DNA from: a virus
Lineage: Duplodnaviria; Caudoviricetes
DNA: 25,144 nt
Virus record (IMG/VR): IMGVR_UViG_3300027114_000015
Span: 1 to 25,144 of that record
Strand: one strand, 5' to 3'
Under the pieces are notes generated by a model. That model worked only from the letters and a program-made list of their open reading frames with translations. It made no database searches and was not told the DNA's origin. Positions 7,478 through 14,300 of the stretch are shown here, piece after piece (position 1 is the stretch's first letter; each line of letters starts with the position of its first letter). A program made the translations under genes and the position numbers.

Positions 7478-7668
7478 GCGTAAACGAGCGATACACCAAG
7501 GCAGGGGTTGAGGCGACCGTGGTGGGCCCCAAGGGGTCTGCCCGGGTGATACCAGACAAGGACCGATGGGGCTTTACTGTCTGGGTCGTGTACCACGAGC
7601 AGAGACACGAGGCGGAGGGTTACTACCAAGCGGTCGAGTTCGCTAAGAAGCTGGTTGAGTCGACCTAG
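7474..7668 (+). CDS. hypothetical protein
   Basis: ATGA-coupled start; stop codon TAG forms the start of the TAGGGTTTGTCCTA motif. Confidence 0.7.
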   Translation: MSVNERYTKAGVEATVVGPKGSARVIPDKDRWGFTVWVVYHEQRHEAEGYYQAVEFAKKLVEST

Positions 7669-7752
7669 GGTTTGTCCTAACGAAATAGTTTGCACAAACC
7701 AAGAAGGTTCTGTACTATATCCATACGGTCACTTCGGACCGGACAACAAGGA
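7666..7752 (+). promoter_or_regulatory. promoter-leader cassette, copy 2, with upstream TAGGGTTTGTCCTA box
   Basis: Box 7666-7679, TTGCAC (7690), 17 bp, TACTAT (7713), A at 7725, CGGTC-acttcg-GACCG, AACAAGGAG. Confidence 0.85.
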
Positions 7753-7760
7753 GAAGACAG

Positions 7761-8207
7761 ATGAAATTCTTTAACATCACCCCCGACTTCAACGTGACCG
7801 CCATCTCTGACAAGGTACCCGCAGCCGGTCCAAATGTATGGTGGTCAGCCACGCAAGCCGGCTGGGCCTGTCGCAATGACTTCGAGACCCTTGAGATGGC
7901 CCAGAAGGTGGCCGCTTCGGCCTCCAACCTCACTGGCGACACTTACATCGCCACCGACGCCGGCGAGGGCTGCTATCCCCGCTACAACGTGATTGAGGCC
8001 CCTTCGGTAGGTGAGGAGGTGTCCTACACCTTCAATGGCGATTACTACCCCTGCGGCACCATCGTCAGCATCAGCAAGTCGATGAAGCTCATCGTGACCA
8101 GCACTGGCCGCAAGTTTTACCGCCGTGGCCAAAGTGGCGCATGGGTGAACAACAAGATCTGGTCAATGGTTAACGGCCACATCACCCGCTGGAATCCCGA
8201 GTTCTAA
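7761..8207 (+). CDS. hypothetical protein, possibly two small domains
   Basis: Strong RBS, biased codons, 148 aa. Confidence 0.85.
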   Translation: MKFFNITPDFNVTAISDKVPAAGPNVWWSATQAGWACRNDFETLEMAQKVAASASNLTGDTYIATDAGEGCYPRYNVIEAPSVGEEVSYTFNGDYYPCGTIVSISKSMKLIVTSTGRKFYRRGQSGAWVNNKIWSMVNGHITRWNPEF

Positions 8208-8212
8208 TCGGT

Positions 8213-8226
8213 GGGGCTTCGGCCCC
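8213..8226 (+). repeat. intergenic GC hairpin, copy 3
   Basis: GGGGC-TTCG-GCCCC after TAATCGGT, abutting the TAGGG box. Confidence 0.75.
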
Positions 8227-8323
8227 TAGGGTTTGTCCTAACAAAAAAAACACAAAAAAAGTTGCACAAACCAAGAGGGTTTGAGACCATATGTCTACGG
8301 TCATTCCGACCGGTAACAAGGAG
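8227..8323 (+). promoter_or_regulatory. promoter-leader cassette, copy 3, with TAGGGTTTGTCCTA box and A-tract UP-like element
   Basis: Box 8227-8240, A-tracts 8243-8260, TTGCAC (8262), 17 bp, GACCAT (8285, preceded by TGn), A at 8297, CGGTC-attcc-GACCG, AACAAGGAG. Confidence 0.8.
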
Positions 8324-8329
8324 ATGAAA

Positions 8330-8785
8330 ATGAACACAGCACAGCAATACCGCGAATCAGCAGCTAAGCACATTCAGGCGGAGCAGGAGTCTTTCGAGCG
8401 TTGTGACACTGATGGGTTTTTGAGCCAGTGGGCGCATAGCGTCAGCGCACGACTCGATGACGCAAAGGCACGAATCGTTGAGAACGGCAACACCTCAGTT
8501 TTCTTTGGCCTCTATGATGGCGACCGCCGTGTGGCCGCGAAAATCATTGAGACGCAGTTTGGATCGACTTGGTTGCTGTCTGACGAGGAGGCTAACCAGT
8601 ATGGCCGCAAGTTTGTCCCGATTGGATCGAAGAGCCGTGTTCAGAAGCAGCTTGGCCTGCGTGAGCGCAAAGAGATTGCTCCGGCATGGGTCACCCTGAG
8701 CGGCAAGACGGCAGTGAACGTCCGCCCCTTCATCTTTCGCACCGGCGACAAGTGGGGCTCCGACGCAGTTCTTTGCCAAGAATAA
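8330..8785 (+). CDS. hypothetical protein
   Basis: Start moved to ATG 8330, 6 nt after AAGGAG. Contains ESFERCDTDGFLSQWA. Confidence 0.85.
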   Translation: MNTAQQYRESAAKHIQAEQESFERCDTDGFLSQWAHSVSARLDDAKARIVENGNTSVFFGLYDGDRRVAAKIIETQFGSTWLLSDEEANQYGRKFVPIGSKSRVQKQLGLRERKEIAPAWVTLSGKTAVNVRPFIFRTGDKWGSDAVLCQE

Positions 8786-8792
8786 TTTCAAC

Positions 8793-8808
8793 GGGGGCTC
8801 CGGCCCCC
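8793..8808 (+). repeat. intergenic GC hairpin, copy 4
   Basis: GGGGGC-TCCG-GCCCCC after TAATTTCAAC, followed by ACAAGGAG. Confidence 0.8.
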
Positions 8809-8825
8809 TCACAAGGAGAAACCAA

Positions 8826-9182
8826 ATGGCTTTTCAAGAAATGGACAAGATCGTAGAGCGCTTCTTTGACAACCCTGCATTCACTGCGCCCGCCAACAGC
8901 CGGCGTGAGGAGCGTGCAGATCGCTGGATGAACGAGCGCTATGGTGAGCTGCTTGACCTATGCAAGAGCGGCAAGAGGTCGGAGGGCGGCTGGTACATGA
9001 GCCACACAGCTTCGGCTCGAGATGATGCAATCGCCTTCCTCATGGACAACGACTGCTTCCAAGAGATCTGCGAGGCATTCGAAGGGAAACCAGAACGTGC
9101 ATACGCGCTGTACGTGAGTGAGCGCGTAGACCAAGAAGCACTCGAGGCCGACAGAAACGGAGCATTCGATGAACAGGAATGA
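8826..9182 (+). CDS. acidic hypothetical protein
   Basis: AAGGAG RBS, 118 aa. Confidence 0.8.
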   Translation: MAFQEMDKIVERFFDNPAFTAPANSRREERADRWMNERYGELLDLCKSGKRSEGGWYMSHTASARDDAIAFLMDNDCFQEICEAFEGKPERAYALYVSERVDQEALEADRNGAFDEQE

Positions 9183-9294
9183 GTACCTAAAAATGCGCGA
9201 ACGGCGTATAATGCAAGAGCGGGAACCAATGTCGATGCGGGTTTTCGCAGGGTTTGCTTGGATCATGGCTGTACTTGCGATGCTGTTTGTATGA
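9169..9294 (+). CDS. 41-aa protein with C-terminal hydrophobic segment
   Basis: Below the ORF-track cutoff. GGAG at 9159-9162; MNRNEYLKMRERRIMQEREPMSMRVFAGFAWIMAVLAMLFV. Confidence 0.6.
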   Translation: MNRNEYLKMRERRIMQEREPMSMRVFAGFAWIMAVLAMLFV

Positions 9295-9302
9295 ATTCCC
9301 CA

Positions 9303-9376
9303 GCGGGCGGTGGGACAAAACACCCGCAGGCGGGGCCCGGATGACCGTGCGTGTCTTCTCCCCCGGGTGACCCGCC
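9303..9376. other. GC-rich two-hairpin intergenic element
   Basis: GCGGG(9303)/CCCGC(9323) stem, then nested GGCGGG(9329)/CCCGCC(9371) and GCCCGG(9335)/CCGGGT(9363). Confidence 0.5.
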
Positions 9377-9380
9377 CATA

Positions 9381-9409
9381 TTCACAACCTAAGGCCGAGG
9401 TTATAGAAT
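9381..9409 (+). promoter_or_regulatory. sigma70-type promoter for the packaging/head operon
   Basis: TTCACA (9381), 17 bp, TAGAAT (9404). AACCT-N7-AGGTT (9386-9402) spans the spacer. Confidence 0.7.
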
Positions 9410-9435
9410 CGCCGCAGATCAATCACTGAGAGAAC

Positions 9436-9969
9436 GTGATGCCCCGTAAGAAGCCCGAAGCCCCGACAGAAGAGACGCCGCCAAAAAAAACCGGCCGTCC
9501 AAGCCGCTACTCGCCAGAGATCGCTAAGGAGATGTGCGAAAGGCTCGCTAACGGAGAACCACTCAGACAAATCTGTAGAGATGAGCACATGCCGTCTTGG
9601 CAGACAGTGTATGACTGGATGTGTAGGGACGATATTTTGGGTGCAGAGGGCGTCGGTCTTTCCGTAGCCATCGCGCGAGCTCGTGAAGTCGGGCAGGACG
9701 CAATCGCTGAGCAGATCTGGCTGGACGTCAATCAGGAGCCTGAGCGGATTCTGTCTGAGGGCGGTAACCGGATCGACTCCGGGTATGTTCAGTGGCAGCG
9801 GGTGCGGGCTGACATTGGTCTGAAGCTACTGGCCAAGTGGAACCCCAAGCGGTATGGCGACCGGGTGGAGCTCTCTGGTAATAAGGAGTCCCCGATCCAG
9901 ATTCAGGCTGACGTGACGCTGTTTGACGCCATCCTGACGAACCTCGAGGCTAAGCGGCAGAGTGAGTGA
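9436..9969 (+). CDS. terS: terminase small subunit (Sf6-like)
   Basis: GRPSRYSPEIAKEMCERLANGEPLRQICRDEHMPSWQTVYDW HTH and KWNPKRYGDRVELSG, directly upstream of the large subunit. Start may be ATG 9439. Confidence 0.9.
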   Translation: MMPRKKPEAPTEETPPKKTGRPSRYSPEIAKEMCERLANGEPLRQICRDEHMPSWQTVYDWMCRDDILGAEGVGLSVAIARAREVGQDAIAEQIWLDVNQEPERILSEGGNRIDSGYVQWQRVRADIGLKLLAKWNPKRYGDRVELSGNKESPIQIQADVTLFDAILTNLEAKRQSE

Positions 9970-11380
9970 GGTCGAGGCGGTCCTGAGGGACCCACGGACC
10001 CGACAGGAGTTTGCCAAGCTTCCGGCTGATCAACAGGCTGCGTATGGCTGGCGGATGAGATGGCTCTCGCAGGCCCATAAGCACCAGATCCTGCCTCCCG
10101 GGGATTGGTGGAGCATCTGGTTACTGTTAGCAGGCCGAGGGGCTGGAAAGACCCGTACAGCCGCGGAGCAGGTGGGCTGGTGGGCGTGGAAGGAGAGCGG
10201 GACGAGGTGGCTGGTGGCCGCCCCGACGTCTGCTGACGTGCGAGGGACGTGCTTTGAGGGTGACTCTGGCCTCCTGAGCGTTATCCCCCAGATCCTGATC
10301 GCTGACTACAACAAGGCGCTGCACGAGCTCAAGCTGACCAATGGGAGCCTGATCAAGGGCATCCCAGCGAGCGAGCCTGAGCGCTTCCGGGGGCCACAGT
10401 TCCACGGGGCGTGGCTTGATGAGCTGGCCGCATGGGACTACCTACAGGAGGCGTGGGACCAGATCCAGTTCGGTGTCCGTCTCGGTAAGAAGACCCGGAC
10501 CATCTGCACGACGACCCCTAGACCTAAAGACCTGATTCTCGAGCTGGTGGCCAGAGATGGGGAAGATGTCGCCCTGACGACGGCGTCGACCTACTCAAAC
10601 CTTGACAACCTGTCAGACAACTTCCGCAAGCAAATCCTGAGCTACGAAGGGACGAGACTCGGAAGACAGGAGATCTACGCCGAGATCATCGACCCCGAGG
10701 AGTCTGGCATCGTCAAGCGGGACTGGTTCAGGCTCTGGCCGAACGGACGGGAGTTCCCCAAGTTCGAGTACATCATTCAGTCCTACGACTGCGCTTATAC
10801 AGAGAAGACGGCCAACGACCCGACCGCCTGTCTAACATTTGGCGTGTTCAAGCCAATAGATGGCCCGATGAGCGTCATGCTGATCGATGCGTGGCAGGAC
10901 AGGCTCCAGTACCCTGACCTCAGGCCTAAGGTCCAAGAGGAGTACGAGACCGTCTTCGGGGAGGGGAGGGACCGCAAGAGGGTCGACCTGATCCTCGTGG
11001 AGGACAAGTCTGCGGGTATCAGCCTGATTCAGGACCTTCAGCGGGCGCACCTGCCTGTGAGGGCGTACAACCCCGGCAATGCCGACAAGATGCAGAGATT
11101 AAACATCGTGTCGCACATCATCGCTCGAGGGCGTGTATGGATTCCTGAGAGCTCTCAGAGGCCGGGTTATGTAAGAGACTGGGCAGAAGGGTTCGTCTCC
11201 CAGATCTGTGCCTTCCCTGATACGTCGCACGATGACTTCGTGGATGCGGCCACTCAGGCCTTGAGGTTCCTGAGGGACGGGGGATGGCTCGAGGTCGATC
11301 CACCGCCGCGGGATGACTGGGACGAGGACGATTATGTGGACAGTGGCCAGTCTAGACGGGTGAATCCATATGCAATATGA
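9962..11380 (+). CDS. terL: terminase large subunit
   Basis: Walker A AGRGAGKT, Walker B GAWLDE, TTTPR coupling motif, nuclease motifs SYDCA and HDDFVDA. Confidence 0.95.
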   Translation: MSEVEAVLRDPRTRQEFAKLPADQQAAYGWRMRWLSQAHKHQILPPGDWWSIWLLLAGRGAGKTRTAAEQVGWWAWKESGTRWLVAAPTSADVRGTCFEGDSGLLSVIPQILIADYNKALHELKLTNGSLIKGIPASEPERFRGPQFHGAWLDELAAWDYLQEAWDQIQFGVRLGKKTRTICTTTPRPKDLILELVARDGEDVALTTASTYSNLDNLSDNFRKQILSYEGTRLGRQEIYAEIIDPEESGIVKRDWFRLWPNGREFPKFEYIIQSYDCAYTEKTANDPTACLTFGVFKPIDGPMSVMLIDAWQDRLQYPDLRPKVQEEYETVFGEGRDRKRVDLILVEDKSAGISLIQDLQRAHLPVRAYNPGNADKMQRLNIVSHIIARGRVWIPESSQRPGYVRDWAEGFVSQICAFPDTSHDDFVDAATQALRFLRDGGWLEVDPPPRDDWDEDDYVDSGQSRRVNPYAI

Positions 11381-11399
11381 TGGCCAAACCCTTTAATCG

Positions 11400-14300
11400 G
11401 TGGATGTCATGACCCCCGAAGAACTCAGACTGCTGCGCTTATTTGGTAGCGCCCCGCTTCCCTCTCCGAAGGCCAACGAAGTTCCGTTCCCGATGGGCGA
11501 CCCCCGGATGGAGGAGGAGCGACAGCGTCTGGCTCGGGAGTATCAGGCTGGACGGGCTGCTCAGCGTAAGACATTCAGGGACGCCCCGATTGAGGAGCAG
11601 ATCAAGGCCATTGGCAACACCGCCGGCTTCTTTGGTGGCGCTGTGCTCGAGGGGCTCGCTGAGCCCTTTGCCAAGCTTGGTGGTGGGACCGCGGAAGGGT
11701 CGCTGACCGACTACTTCGCGCCTAAGACCCCAGCACAGTCTGCCGCCCTTGGTGAGTCCGCTGAGGCTCTGTATCCGGTGGCTCAGGCCTTTGAGGCGGC
11801 TAAGATTCCCGACATCACACCGGGCATGCTGACGTCTCCGACTCGATTGTTTGATGACGCTACCCGACAGGTCGCGATGGCCGCTAAGCAGGGCGTGAAG
11901 ACTGCTGGCCGTGCCGCATCGTCTATGGAGGACATGCTCCGTCAGAGGGTGTCGGCCCCCGTTGGGTCGGTTCAATTAACCCAGTCGCAACCCACTCAGA
12001 ACCCACTGGGTTTCTACTCCGCTCTGGACCGGGCAACAGACTCGTTGCAGAACAAGGGGACTGGGCAACAGTTCCTGAACCAGATCACGAACATGCAGGG
12101 CGTGAAGGCTGACGAGATCAAGTGGACGGGACTGGATGAGTTCCTCAAGGGCAAGAAGGACGTCACCAAGCAGGAGGTGAAGGACTACCTGAATGCCAAT
12201 CAGGTGAAGCTTGAGGAGGTCAGGCTTGGTGAGATGTCTCCAGAGCAGGCCGCGGCTCTTGCCCAAGCCAAAAATCGCTACCGAGAAATTACAGATTTGG
12301 TGGCGGATACGAGGCAGAAGGTAGAGGAGGGGGTTTTGTCTTCGCAAGAAGGCAGGGCAATTCTTGAGCCATTGAGCGCAGAGCGTAGCCGGCTTGACAA
12401 TCAGATATTAACTGGAGGCGCAACGCCTACAAAGTTTCGGTCTTATTCCACTCGAGGTGGTCAGAACTACCGTGAGCTGCTGCTAACGCTTCCGTTTGAG
12501 AAGACGAGTCCAAGGTTTAATGACATTGTTAAGCAGTATGCCGAGGAGTTTAAGGTTCCTGAGGAGCTGGCTCGGGAAGAGCTGACCACGTATGTGGTCG
12601 CCCCTGAAGAAACGTCTCGCATTCCTAAATACGAGAAGCTCCTGAGCGAAAGCGGAGTGATCAATCAATTTGAATCGTCTCACTTCGACCAGCCTAACAT
12701 CCTCGCCCACATGCGCGTCTCTGACTTTGAGCAGGACGGCAAGAAGATTATGTTGGTTGACGAGGTTCAATCAGACTGGCATCAGGAGGGGCGCAAGAGG
12801 GGATATGACACACCAGAAGTTAAAGCCGCAGAGCAACAAAAATTAGACAGCATTACCGCGAGGCGCGAACAACTTTTAGAAGAGCAACGAAGACTAGAAG
12901 AGCTTGAATTGCCTTATTTAAGTCAAGGTGAAGATGTTCCATTTGAAATTGGCGATCAATTGACGGACGTTATAAACCGTATACAAAATCTTGAAGAAGA
13001 ACAATTTAGATTAGCTAGTGGTTTAAAAAAACAAATCCCCGACGCACCTTTCAAAACGACATGGCATGAGCTTGCCCTGCGTCGTGCGGTCCGTGAGGCA
13101 TCTGAGAAGGGCTTCGACAAGATCGCTATCCCTACTGGAAGCGTCCAGAACGACCGCTACAAGCTCAGCAACTTCGTTAATGCCATTGACTACCGCAAGA
13201 ACGACGACGGCACCTATGGCCTCATAGCGCTGGATGATCAGGGTAATTCGGTCATTACTAAGAACCGCCTGACCGAGTCTCAGCTTGAGGACACGATTGG
13301 CAAAGAGATGGCCAAGAAGATCGTCAACGGGGTAGGCGAGTCCTTCGAGGAGGGCTCAACAGCCGCCAAAGAGGGCTACAAGAAGATCTCTGGCATTGAC
13401 CTCGAGGTTGGTGGCGAGGGCATGAAGGGCTTCTATGACCAGATGGTGCCCAAGTACCTGAACAAGCTCGGGTCGAAGTTCGGCACGAAGGTTACCCGCG
13501 GAACGATCAAGGACGCCAACGGGAAAGACGTTCCCGTGCATGAGCTGACGATCACGCCTCAGATGCGGAAGTCCGTGCTCGAGCAGGGTCAGCCTCTGTT
13601 CGCTGCCGTGCCTGCTGTAGGCCTGACGCAAGAGGAAGAAGGCTATGCCTCTGGTGGGGCAATCAAGAAGGCTGGGAAGGCCGCCAAGAAGGCTTCGAAG
13701 GCTACGGATCTTGAGGCTGAGTACAGTCAACTGAAGGCAGCGCTAGAGCAGGTTCGTGAGGGCGGTAGGACGCCTGTGGTGCCCGCTCCCAATCGGTGGT
13801 TCATGAACCCTGAGAAGTTTCCCGGGCCGCAGGGCATGATTGAGCGAGCGCTTGCGAACGTGAATCAGGAGCGGTCTGCGTTTGGATCTGGTGCGTACAT
13901 CAACCCGGTTACCGGCGAGATACTAGACTCAGCCGTGATGGAGAACCTTCTGGTGGCCATCGACCCGAAGACGGGCAGGCCGATGATGTCTGGCCGCATG
14001 ACTGACCTCGAGGAGCTCGAGAAGTCGCTTGGATCTCAGACGCTCTCGAACCTTGTCCGCAAGGGATTGTTTAAGCATTCTGGTGGCGACCCTATTCTTG
14101 CTGACCTGCCGTTCATCGCAACGATTGAGAAGGGCCCGCACTTTTACGGGCTGTCGACTGAATACGCCTCGCCTGCGATGCTGTTCAATACCGGGAAGGG
14201 TGACAACCCCACCCTGCGGCCAAAGAGTCGTGGATCGTTGTTTGCGGTCGGTGACGAGGTTGGTGAGGTCCAGTTGCAGGGTAGGCCCCACCCGGTTTAC

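Noticed and set aside
8243-8260. A-tracts as phase-variable repeats
   Set aside because: They are short and lie upstream of the -35 box, so a UP-like element is the simpler explanation.
6166-8808. CRISPR array or integron interpretation of the repeats
   Set aside because: Spacers are gene-sized and irregular, and there is no cas or integrase gene and no attC-type GTT/AAC core arrangement.
6797-8808. Calling the GC hairpins intrinsic terminators
   Set aside because: None has a poly-U tract, and three lead directly into an RBS.
9297-9378. tRNA or known riboswitch
   Set aside because: No cloverleaf or TTC T-loop, and no riboswitch consensus that I recognise.
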